64,000 nucleotides of DNA from Mobula hypostoma. Lineage: Eukaryota. The notes below the pieces were generated by a model that was given only the letters and a program-made list of their open reading frames with translations, was not told the DNA's origin and made no database searches. Shown piece by piece: positions 12,144-23,379 of the stretch. Within the stretch, counting starts at the first letter, position 1. Every line of letters begins with the position of its first letter. The stretch lies in NCBI RefSeq assembly GCF_963921235.1, contig NC_086097.1, forward strand, positions 50,222,001 through 50,286,000. The letters are read 5' to 3'. A program made the position numbers and the translations under genes.

Positions 12144-13388
12144 ATGGAGGCTGAGGAAATTATAAAGGCGCTGACCTTGGAGGCATTAGAGGATGCCAGG
12201 AAAGCGGAATTGTTAGCTGTGGCCAAACGGTTGGATCTTGCTAAGGGGAAGTCGACAATGAGGAGAGAGGAGATACACAGAGCTATCATAGAGCACTATG
12301 TATCTAAAGGTGTGTTTCCCCAAGGCGAGCTGGAGGTGGTGTCTGTTGAAAAACCTGCCGGAGACGCAGTACAGGTGCAGCTTGAAAAACTGAGACTCGA
12401 GCACGAGTTCCAGGTATGGCAGTTGGAGCGAGAAGAGAAAGAGAGGGACAGACAGTTGGAGCGAGAAGAGAAGGAGAGAGAGTTAGAAAGGCAAGAGAAA
12501 GAGAAAGAGTTAGAAAGGCAGGAGAGAGAGAGAGAGAGACAGTTGGAGAGAGAAGAGAAAGAGAGGCAATGGGAGCGAGAAGAGAGATAGAGGCAGAGGG
12601 AAAGGGAATTTGAGCTGGGGAAGTTAAAGATAAGGGCCGAGCAGGGGCCCATGCCGAACCAAGGTGGAGGGTTCCGGGCAACCCGGGAGGTTAGGCTGGT
12701 TCCCACATTTGACGATACTGACGTGGATCGGTACTTTCTCCATTTTGAAAAAGTTGCTATAAGTCAGGACTGGCCGAGGGATAAGTGGGCTGTTTTGCTT
12801 CAGAGTGTACTGAAAGGGAAAGCCCAAGAAGCTTACTCAGCTTTGTCCGCGGAAGATGCCCAGAGGTATGAGGTGGTGAAAGAGGCCATCCTCAGGATTT
12901 ATGAGTTGGTCCCGGAGGCATATCGGCAGAGGTTCCGGAATGCGTGGAAGCAGTGGCACCGCACGTATTTAGAGTTTGCCCGTGAGATGCAGACATATTG
13001 TGAGAGTTGGTGCGCCTCGAAGGGGATAGAGGGGGATTATGACGGACTGCTACAGCTGATCCTGATTGAGCAGTTTAAAGGTTGTGTCCCTGAGGGTATG
13101 AGACCCTACCTAGATGAGAAAGAGGTAGCCACGTTAGCCGCAACTGCTAAGTTAGCGGATGAGTATGCGTTGACGCATAAAATGAAGTTTGCCCAGAGTA
13201 AAGGCTACCAGAAGGGTAGTCAGGACAGCGGGGAGAGTCCGCCAGAAAAGTCAGAAAGTAAGCCGGGGACTAGTGAGAAGGATAAGGTAGACCGGGAGCA
13301 GTCTGTTAGGAAGTCTCCTGGGGTCGTCTGTTATAATTGCGGGAAAGTCGGACACTTTGCGTCCAGGTGCTTTGCCCCAAAGAAGTAG
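12144..13388 (+). pseudogene. gag: Gag: N-terminal helical domain, E/R/K coiled coil, SCAN-like capsid, CCHC zinc knuckle; internal TAG at 12588-12590
   Basis: ORFs 12144-12590 and 12651-13388 share a frame; FLHFEKVA...W...LKGKAQEAY...PEAYRQRFR...LILIEQF...LADEY; CYNCGKVGHFASRC at 13329-13370. Confidence 0.88.
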
Positions 13389-14783
13389 AAGGGAAAAGGA
13401 AAAACGGCGATTTTGACTGGCTGTATCGAGCTGGTAAACGAACCGCTAGGGAAGGACAGGTCTGCCAAAGTTCAGGAAGGGCGCGAGAGGTTTATCTCGG
13501 CCGGATTGGTGTCGGTGAAGGAGGGGTTAAAACCAGTTCCAGTGCAGATCCGGAGAGACACGGGAGCGTGTCAGTCACTGATACTGAAGAGTGTATTAGA
13601 GTTTAGCTCAGAGACCCAGACTGGGGAGCTCAAGGTCAAAGGTATTGGAAAAGGGACGGAAGCCGTCCCTTTGCACCAGATACACTTACAAAGCAACCTG
13701 GTCTCTGGACTAGTCACGATCGGGGTGAGGCCCGAATTACCGATGAAAGGCGTGGAAGTCTTGCTCGGTAATGACCTCGCCGGGGGAAATCGTGTTCGAA
13801 GCAGTGAGATTGACAGGTCAGCCTGCCAGCATTGAGGCCCCGCCCATGGACTCACAGGTTCACCACGGGACTGCGGTAGTAAATTTAGCTGAGACGTTTC
13901 TGCCAGCCTTGTACGAGAAGGGGGTAGAAAGTGAAAAGAAGGAGTGTAGTGAGACAAGAGGTAGTGAGGGAGCTGGGACAGACGTAGCATTAGCCAGGAA
14001 AGAATTTGTGCAGGCTCAGGGGCGAGACGAGGGGCTGATGGTTTTGGCGGAGACAGCTCTCTCTGACACAGAATTAACAAGGGAACTAGTGGGCTATTGT
14101 GTGGAGGAGGAAGTGCTAAGGAAGAAAGGGAAGCCAAGTACTGCACCCGCAGATGAGGAATGGGGGGTGGTGCAAAAGAGTTATGGGGATGAGGTTTTTT
14201 ACCTGGCCCACAAGGTACCCCCCAGTGGACATTTTGCGGTGCTGGAGGAAACAGTTGGTGGAATCATGAAAGAGGTTTACCGGCTGCCCAGGAGGAAGGA
14301 TGTTATTGATTATGACCGACGCGAACTGAGACGGTCACAGGCTTTTGATATGCTAACAAACCTAGTCGGTGTTAGCGTGGAAATCAATGAAGCTAGGGTC
14401 CCCCTGATAAGAGAAAAAAACCATTTTGAAAAGATGAGTATGGTATCGACCAGATGGGAGAAGGCTATTGTTTTGGCCAGCTCTGCTGATAAGGTCTCTC
14501 CCTTAATCCCCGAACAAAGCGACTCTTTAGGAGAAGTAATTAAACGACTCGCACACGTGTGTTTGATTGTCCCGAGGTGATGCAAAGAACTGGGACGTTG
14601 GGTGGTGTTTGTTATACTAGGCCAGCCTAGCGAACAACACACATATAGAATGAGTAATTCAGTGACAAAAGGTCTGACGAACACAGAGGTGTGCATTGGC
14701 AATGTAATACGGCTGTCTGATGCCAGCTTTATAGTGAACCTTGAAAAAAATGAGTTCGGCCACACGAAGGTCACTTACCTGGG
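13389..14783 (+). pseudogene. pol: Degenerate pol: aspartic protease, integrase Zn-finger remnant, RT remnants
   Basis: RRDTGACQSL (DTG 13557-13565) and LLGNDLAG; frameshift near 13790; LAHKVPPSGHF 14203-14235; EQHTYRM, VCIGNV, VNLEKNEFGHTKVTYLG. Confidence 0.8.
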
Positions 14784-15037
14784 TTTTACTTGTTCATTCT
14801 CACTCTGGTGCCGAAGTTGTGACTGTCCCTGGCTTCTGTGCATTTTTGCCCCGTGGGTGTAGTGAATTGGGACCAAGGCTTCGGCCTACTCCGGCTGCTC
14901 CAGGAACAGATGTGGGGACTTATTCTGGTTTAGAACGGGTTATTTAGGTTTCTTGCTTTGTGTCTGCCTGTAAGCAGACAAATCTAATAGGTGTATAATT
15001 TATACATTCTTTGATAATAATTGTACTTTGAATCTTG
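14784..15037 (+). mobile_element. Non-coding element with a Rex1-like 3' tail, abutting the truncated LTR element
   Basis: Shares body motifs and the CATTCTTTGATAATAA...GAATCTTG tail with 38695-39428. Confidence 0.65.
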
Positions 15038-15169
15038 CATCCTTTGCACAAGTTGTTGGACATTAAAACATAAGAATCAGGAGCAGAAGTGTCCTAAACC
15101 ACCCCACCCCCCATACCCCCAAGTTTACTCCACCGTTCAGTAAGATCATGGCTGATCTTACCCAAGCAC

Positions 15170-15403
15170 AGAGCACCAGACATGATTTAAACTGAAAAAT
15201 AACAAGCCACAGGAGGGCACAAAACAAGAGATAACAGATACTTAACACAACAAGGTAACTGGAGGCTGGGAGTAAACTGGTTGAGGCTGGCTGGTTCCTA
15301 TCAGTGAACAAGACTGTGGACGAGAGCTGGGTTTAAATAGGCTGCAGGTGATGAGTAGGAAATAAGTGGCAGGAGACTCATGTTAGTTGGGTGGAGACTA
15401 ACA
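15170..15403 (-). mobile_element. Probable solo-LTR fragment of a second LTR family
   Basis: Minus strand starts TGT at 15403; CACCTG...CTATTTAAACCC TATA region typical of fish Gypsy LTRs; not similar to 11216-12044. Confidence 0.4.
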
Positions 15404-15404
15404 C

Positions 15405-16390
15405 CATTCCTCAAATGGGTCTAGGGAATCTTTTCTGAGCAACATTATAATAGAGGTGAGCTCTCACCAACACTTCATACAATTGTATTAAGATTTCTTT
15501 GCCTGTGTGTTCAAATGCTCTCTTAATACCAGCTCATGTTCCATTTATCTTCCTAATCATTTGCTGCATCTGCAAGTTGGCCTCAGCAACTTGTCTAAAA
15601 GCTTACCTATGTCCCTTTGAACATCAGCACTACCCAATTTCTCCCCATTTAATCAATGCTCCACTTCTCTGTTAAGTGCACCAAAGTAGCAACTTTACAT
15701 TTTTCTACAATATTTTCCATCAGTTAAGTTTTCATCTACTGAGCTTGTCCATAATTCGCTTGTTGACTGTTTACATCTGACTTCATACTCACAATCCCAC
15801 TGAGCTTAGTATTTGCAGCACACTTGGAAGTATAACATTTGCTTCTGTAGTCAAAATGCTGATATGGTTTTTGCCCAATAACTCGTTCTCAATCCATGTC
15901 ATTATATTAGCCTCAATTTTATGTGCGCCAGTCTTGTTGATCTAACTCCTGAGCTGAACCGTCTCTGGACCATGCTGAACCACATCTTCTGAAACTCCAA
16001 ATATACTACATCTATTGGCACCAACTTATTTATTCTACCGGTTGCATTCACCAGCAAAACTGTCAAACACAATTTTCCCCGCTGCCTGTTCTCAATCTTA
16101 TTATTCTTTTCAAGATGTCCTTCATTATAGGTTCTAGCATTTTCCGAACACTGATGTCAGATTAATAGGTGGGCAGTTTCTCTCCTTCATCTCCTAAATT
16201 GTTGAATCACATTTGTTACCATCCAATCCACAGGATCTGTGGAAGTTTGGAATATGATAACCAGGGCACCCCCTATCTTTATTGGCACCTCTTTCAAAAG
16301 TCTGGGATGTGGATAATTGGTTTCTTGTCAATTATCACCTTTCAAGCTCATCAACTTCTCTAGTATTATTTTTGACTAATACATAGTTCC
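15405..16390 (-). mobile_element. Old CR1 RT-region remnant
   Basis: Degenerate similarity to other CR1 ORF2 copies in the window. Confidence 0.55.
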
Positions 16391-16414
16391 TTCAGTTCTG
16401 ACATGATTTTTTAA

Positions 16415-17540
16415 GACCATAAAACATAGAAGCAGCATTAGGCCATTCGGCCCATTGAGTCTGCTCTACCATTACATTACATCTGATTTAATTTCCCTCT
16501 CAACCCTATACCCCTCGTAACCTGTGACGCCCTTGCTAATCAAGAACCTGTCAAACTCTGCTTTAAATATACGCAATGACTTGGCCTCCACATCTATTTG
16601 TGGCAATGAATTCCACAGATTCACCACCCTCAGGCAAAAGAAATACCTCCTCACCTCTGTTCTAAAGGGATGTTCATCTACTCTGAGAGTGTGCTCCTTG
16701 GTTCTAGACTCCCCTATTATTGGAAACCTCCTTTCCTCATCCACTCTATCTGAGTGAGTGAGGCCGCCGTCGATCAGAGTCGACCATGGACGTTGCATCC
16801 AGCCTGGGCAGTACAGTATGGACAGCAAACTGTTGCCCATGAAGCAAACTCTCCCTCTCATGCAGCTGAAGAATCCAAAGGAATGGCAGAGAATGATACA
16901 ATTTGGTACCAACAGTGTCACGGGAGTTGCCAGTCAGTGATGAACTTTACGTACAACTGCCTTAGGGACTCCAGCTCTGGATTTTTCCCTCAAGGTGTAC
17001 TCCTGAAGCCATGAATGGGTATAGCCGCAAGGCAGCAGAGGTTCGAGATCAGAGTTTTCCTTCTCCTTAGTGAGTTGCCAACCACGGCTCAAGCCTCATC
17101 TGCCCGAAGCAACTGGTCTTAAGGCACCAGTAATCCACCTTTGCCCCTTCTCCTGTCATTAGGAATGGTTCCGCTGGACTTAGTAGCAATCTTAACATAC
17201 TCACATGTGAATGCCTTGGTTGTCAAAGGCTATTTGAGGCGCACGCCAATGGGAGCATTTAATAGGTAGCAGGAGCTTATCCCCATTACCACCTTCCGGC
17301 TATAACAAATTTAAGAAACTCTATCTAGGAATCCACGCTATCTAGGCAATTCTATAAGTTTCAATGAGATCACCGCCCCCTCCACCATTCTTCTAAACTC
17401 TAGTGAGTACAGACCAAAGCTATCAAATGCTCCTCATACGTTTCCTTTCAGTCAGGAAAGGGCCAAAACTGCTCACAATGCTCCCAACTACAATCTGACT
17501 CTTGACTTATGAAGCTTCGGCGTTACATCCATGGTTTTAA
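16415..17540 (-). mobile_element. CR1 3' fragment split by an insertion
   Basis: RVDEERRFPIIGESRTKEHTL...RVVNLWNSLP; CR1 resumes after 17318. Confidence 0.85.
16752..17317 (-). mobile_element. RTE-derived ORF-less non-autonomous element (~566 bp)
   Basis: TSD ACTCTATCT at 16743-16751 and 17318-17326; RTE 5'UTR-like GGAGAAGGAAAACTCTGATCTC; 3' end GGTCGACTCTGATCGACGG plus (CTCA)n tail. Confidence 0.7.
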
Positions 17541-17974
17541 CGTGACATTTTAGGGTATACACAGAGAAGCTAGATGAACATCTTAAGCTTTCCTGTTGTA
17601 TCTTACTTTTCTTTAGGCTTTCCAGAATTATTCTGGAATCACTCCAATGTCATAATAATCACCCACTAAGCTGTAATAGCAAATCAGGCCTATTCCTACG
17701 TTTTCAGTTTGATAGGAGAGAGGAAGAAGTTGTAGAACAGATATCAAGGTGTAAGCCAACATGAAAGGATGTTACAAAACAACAAATGATAGGAATGCAG
17801 AAGTGAAATGATGAGTGTGCAGGGATATTGAAGATAAGAATAGAGACGGAGAATGGACTTGCCTGCTTCATGTATTAATGTGGAAAATATGACTAATTGA
17901 GCTGGCATTTAGTGCAATTCTATTTATACATCCATGGGTTCTATGTGGATAAAACAGACAGAAAGTAATGGCTT

Positions 17975-18387
17975 CAGAACATCCTGATTGGCTGCATCAC
18001 TGCCTGGAATGGGAACTGTACCACCCATAACGGCAGGATTCTGCAGAGAGTGGTGCAGACAGCCTAGTGCATCTGTAGTTGTGAACTTCCCTTGATTCAG
18101 GACATTTACAAATACAGGTATGTAAAAACCCGAGTCACCTGAACCACAATCTATTCCAGCTACTACCATCCGGGAAACGGTACCATAGCATAAAAGCCAG
18201 GACTAACAGGCTCTGGGACAGCTTCTTCCACCAGGCCATCAGACTGATTAACTCACACTGATTTGAGTGTTACATTGACTGTCCTATTTATTATAAATTA
18301 CTATGATTGCATATTGCACATTTAGATGGAGACGTTACTCATGTATGTGAAGGATGTAAGAAATAAAGTCAATTCAATTCAATTCAA
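17975..18387 (+). mobile_element. Rex1/Babar-like LINE 3' fragment
   Basis: Same family as 53197-54190; AATAAA and (AATTC)n tail. Confidence 0.85.
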
Positions 18388-18389
18388 TA

Positions 18390-19022
18390 ACTTTTCTGCC
18401 ATTTCCTCATTCCCTGTGATAAGTTCTCTTGAACTTATATGTAAGGGGTCACACATGCCCTTGCTTGTCTTGCTCACCAGTCTACTCATTTGTTTTGCCG
18501 TTCATAATAAATATCTTGGTCATCCTTTGGAGAGTTCCAAAATGCTCACCATCATCAGGCCAACTCCTAGTTTAGTAACTTTATTCTTATATTAGACTTT
18601 ATTAGTCTTTTCCATTCTTTAATTTATTATGTCTTAAAGAACTTTTTTTTTGTAACTGGTACATTATTTCTTTAAATGCTATCCATTGCCTATCCACTGT
18701 CATACTTTTCAATGTATTCTCTCAATCAATCACAGTCAACTTTCTTTCTATGGCTTCATATCTTTCTTTTTAAATTTAAAATTCATTGAACAACATCAAC
18801 TTTAAACTCAATGTCAAATTCTATCGTATCATATTATGGTCAGTTTTCCCCAAAGGCCTCCTGACAATAATACTGTCAATTAATTCTTTCTCAGTGCACT
18901 GAATAAGATCTAAATGGCACTTTCCCTAGTTTTTTTTTGAATTATTGATCTAGAAAATCAGCTCATGAACATTCCCAGAACTCATGTTCCAATTTATTAC
19001 AACAACTTTGATTTGCCTAGTC
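18390..19022 (-). mobile_element. Old CR1 endonuclease/linker remnant
   Basis: Degenerate similarity to the reverse complement of ~21150-21800. Confidence 0.45.
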
Positions 19023-19364
19023 TAGAGTGAAGGGGAAGGCTTGTGGAGAAGGGAACTCTAGATGTTTGAGCCTCTGGTGAGGGAAAAGAGGGGTGTTTGG
19101 GTCAGGTACAGGCTGCAGGGATCAAGTGAATCCCTTGTGGAATATAGGAGAAGTTGGAGTATACTGAAGTAGGAAATCAGAAGGACAAAAAGGGGACATG
19201 AGATAGCTTTGGGGCAGAGAAGATTAGGAGCATCAAAAGAGATTTTATAAGTATATTAAGGGGGAAAGAGTAACTAGGGAGAGAACAGAGCCCATCAAAG
19301 ACCAAAGTGGACATCTATGTGTGGAGCTGAAGGAGATAGGTGAGGTCTTCAATTAATATTTATG

Positions 19365-22300
19365 TGAAGACAGCAACCTTTTCAATCAGGTCCGCACTCA
19401 AGATTAAAAAGGCAGAACGTCGTGGTAGTTTTTCAGAGTTGGAATGTGACAAATAATCGAGCGGGATTCATTAGAAAGAGCAAATAAAAATAACGCAAGT
19501 ACAAGCAGAGTGGCCATTGTTGTGAGTGGACCAGTGTTTGGAGTGGCTTTGGCTCATCAGACTTGGGCAGGGTGAAGTATTTAATAAGTTTTGCCTTTTT
19601 GTTCTTAATTCTCCATTCCTCGTCTGTTAGGGCCAGGTAGTGTAGTGGGAAAGGCTGCAAGGGCAGTATTTTGTACAGTGGGTGAGATGTGGGAAGTCTG
19701 GGAGACCCCCAGATAAACACATCTGCACCAGGTGCACCGAGTTGCAGCTCCTGAGAGAATGTATTAAGGAACTGGAGCTGCAGCTCGATGACCTTCGGCT
19801 CTTACGGGAGACTGAGGAGGTTATAGATAGGAGCTACAGGGAGATCATCACCCCTATGTTGCAGGAGACAGGTAACTGGGTGACTCAAGAGAAGGAAAGG
19901 AAATGCAGAGTACACCTGTGGCAGGTCCCCTCAATAATAAGTAGGCCACTTTAGATACTGTTGAGGGGAACGACCCACCAGTGGGTGCAACAGTGACCGA
20001 GTCTCTGGCACTGAGTCTGGTGCGGTGGCTCAGCAGTGAGGAGAAGAGGACTTCAGTGGTGATAGGAGATTCCATAGTCAGAGGTTCAGATTCTGTGGCC
20101 ACAATAGAGACACCCAGACAGTATGTTCCCTCCCAGATGCCAGGACCAGGGGTGTCTCGGATTGGGTCCATGACATAGTAAGGGGGAGGGTGAGCAGCCA
20201 GAAGTCTTGGTACATATTGGCACCAATGACATAGGTGAAGAGGCCCTGAAGAGAGATTTCAGGGAGCTAGGTAGAAAACTGAAAAACAGGACCTCCAGGG
20301 TAGTAATATCTGGATTGCTGTCTGTGCCACATACCATTGAGGGTAAGAATAGGATGATTTGGCAGGTGAATGCGTGGCTGAGGAACTGGTGCAGGGGGTA
20401 GGGGTTCAGATTTATGGATCATTGGGATCTCTTCAGGGGATGGTGTGACCCATACAAAAGGAATGAGTTGCACCTGAACTGAGGAGGTCCAATATCTTTG
20501 CTGGAGGGTTTGCTAGAGTTGTTTAGGAGGGTTTAAACTAATTTGGCAGGGGGGTGGGAACTAGAGTGATAGTACTGAGGATGAGGTGGTAGGTTTACAA
20601 ACAGAGGCAATGTGTAGTGACACTGTTAGCAAGGAGCGGATGCTGATAGGGCAAAATTGCAGATAACAGGATGAGTTGCAATATAAAAGGTGGACAAAAT
20701 TGTAAAGGGCTGAAGGTGTTATATTTGAATGTGCAGAGTATACAGAATAAGGTAGATGAATTTGTAACACAGTTAAACTTTGGCATGTGTGACATTGTGG
20801 GCATCAGTGAATCGTGGCTGAAAGAGGATTATAGTCAGGAACTTAACATCCAAGGCTATTCATTGTATCAAAAGGACAGGCAGGTAGGCAGAGGGTATGG
20901 CTGTATTGGTAAAAAATTAAATCAAATCTTTAGAAAGAGATGACATAGGATTGGAAGGTGTTGAATTGTTCTGGGTAGAGCTAAGGAACTGCAAGAATAA
21001 AAAGTCCCTGGAAGGAGTTCGATACAGACCCCCCAAACAGTAGCGAGGATGTGGTCTACAAATTACAACAGGAGAAAGAAAATGCAAGCCAAAAGGGCAA
21101 TGTAACAATAGTATTGTGGGACTTCAATTTGCAGCTAAATTGGGAAAATCAGGTTGGTGCTGGATTCCAAGAGAGAGAATTTGTAGAATACCTATGAGAT
21201 GATTTTTAGAGCACTTTATTATGTTTGAGCCCACAAGGGAGTCAGCCATTCTGGATTGGGTGTTCTGCAGTGAACTGGAATTGATTAGAGAACTTAAGGT
21301 AAAGGAACCCTTAGGGAAAGTCATCATAATATGATAGAATTCACCCTGCAATCTGAGAAGGAGAAGCTAAGGTCAGATGTATCCGTATTATAGAGAAGTA
21401 AAGGAATTTACAGAGGCATCAGAGAGAAGCTGACCAAAATTGATTAGAAAAGACCACTAGCAGGGATGATAGCAAAGCAGCAATGGCTGGAATTCTGGGA
21501 GTAATTCGGAAGGTGCAGGAAATATACATCCCAAAAAGGAAGATGTATTCTAAAGGCAAGATGGCACAACTGTGGCTAACAAAAGAAGTCAAAGCCAACA
21601 TAAAAACCAAAGAGATGTCATATAATAGAGCAAAAATTAGTGGGAAGTTAGAGAACTAGGAGGTTTTTAAAAACCAACAGAAGGCAACTAAAAAGAAGGT
21701 AAAAATGGAATACTAAGTAAGCTAACCAATAATATTAAAAAGGAAACAAAAGTTTCTTCAGATACATAAAGTGTAAAAGAGAGGCAAGGGTGGATATCAG
21801 ACTACAAGAAAATGATGCTGGAGAAGTAGTAATGGGTGGTAAGGAAATGATGAATGAACTATATAAGTATTTTGCAGCTGTCTTCACTGTGGAAGATACT
21901 AGCAGTATGCCAGAATTTCAAGAAAGTCGAGGGACAGAAGTGTGTGAAGTTACCATAACTAGAGAGAAGGTTCTTGGTAAACTGAAAGATCTGAAAGCAG
22001 ATAAGTCACCTGGACCAGATGGTATACACTGCAATTTCTGAAAGAGGTGGCTGAAGAGATTGTGAAGGCATTAATAATGATCTTTCAAGAATCAATTGAT
22101 TCTGGCATGGTTCTGAAAAAATGAAACATTGCAAATGTCACTCCACTCTTCAAGAGAGGAAAGAGGCAGAAGAAAGGAAATTATAGGCCAGTTAGTCTGA
22201 CCTCAGTGGTTGGAAAGAGTTGGAATAAAGGCAGTCTTTTCTGGTTGATTGCCAGTGACCAGTGATGTTCCACAGGGATCTATGTTGGGACGGGATCATT

Positions 22301-23250
22301 TTACGTTATATGTCAATGATTTGGATGATAGAATTAACGGCTTTGTGGCAAAGTCTGCAGACAATATGAGGATAGGTGGAGGGGCAGTTAAGTTTGAAGA
22401 AGTAGAGAGGCTACAGAAGGACTTAGGCAGATTAGGAGAATTGGTAAAGAAGTGGCAGATGGAATACAGTGGCAGGAAATGTATGGTCATGTACTTTGGT
22501 AGATGAAATGAAAGGGTAGACTATTTTCTAAATGGAGAGAAAATACAAAAAAAAACTAAGGTGCAAAGGGACTTGGGAGTCCTTATGCAGAATTCCCTAA
22601 AAGTTAATCTGCAGGTTGAGTTGGTGGTGAGGAAGGCCAATGTGATGTTAGCACTAATTTCAAGGGGATGTAATATTGATGCTTTATAAAGCACTGGTGA
22701 GGCCTCACTTGGAGTATTGTGAGCAGTTTTGGGCCACCTTACCTAAGAAAGGATTTACTGACATTAGAGAGGGTTCAAAGGAGGTTCACAAGAATGAATC
22801 TGGGCTTGAAAAGCTTTTAACAGCTCTGGGCCAGTACTCACTGGAATTCACAAGAATGAAGGCTGACCTTATTGAAACCTATTGAATGTTGAAAGGCTTT
22901 GATAGAGTGGATATGAAGAGGATGTTTCCTATAGTGAGGGAGTCTAAGACTAGAGGACACAGCTTCAGAATAGAGGGGAATCCTTTTTGAACAGAGATGA
23001 GGAGGAATTTCTTTCGTCAGAGAGTGGAGCATCTGTGGAATTTGTTGCCACAAGTGGCTATAGAGGGCAAGTCATTGGATATATTTAAGGCAGAAGTTGA
23101 TATATTCTTGATTGGTTAGGGCATGAAAGGATACAGAGAGAAGCCAGGAGATTGAGGCTGAGAGGAAAATTGGATCAGCCATGATGAAATGGTAGAGCAG
23201 ACTTGACAGGCCAAATGGCCTAGTTCTCCTCCTATATCTTGTGGTCTAAT
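19365..23250 (+). mobile_element. Near full-length decayed CR1 LINE (ORF1 Zn-finger/leucine zipper/SGNH esterase; ORF2 APE + RT)
   Basis: HICTRCTELQLL...LELQLDDLR; VVIGDSIVRG; VHIGTND; YLNVQSIQNK...GISESWL; KSPGPDG; SDVPQGSMLG; RPHLEYC; many stops and an internal RT deletion near 22217. Confidence 0.92.
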
Positions 23251-23379
23251 ATTTCTCCTCTGTTTCCACCATAAAAAATGTTTTTGGAATAATGACTGAA
23301 ATCCCAGCAAAGTCATTTGTACTCACCACCTATCGGAACTGCATTTGTCTCTTTTTCAAAAGACAGGTTCAGTGGGCTC

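Larger units (their letters stand above)
11216..14783 (+). mobile_element. Gypsy (Gmr1-like) LTR retrotransposon, internally deleted and 3'-truncated
   Basis: LTR, PBS, Gag with SCAN-like capsid and CCHC knuckle, DTG protease, integrase N-terminal remnant upstream of RT remnants; no 3' LTR found. Confidence 0.9.

Noticed and set aside
12213..12706. Ser/Leu-rich minus-strand ORFs
   Set aside because: Antisense shadows of the purine-rich Gag coiled-coil repeat
15170..15403. Possible 3' LTR of the Gmr1-like element
   Set aside because: No similarity to 11216-12044 and opposite orientation
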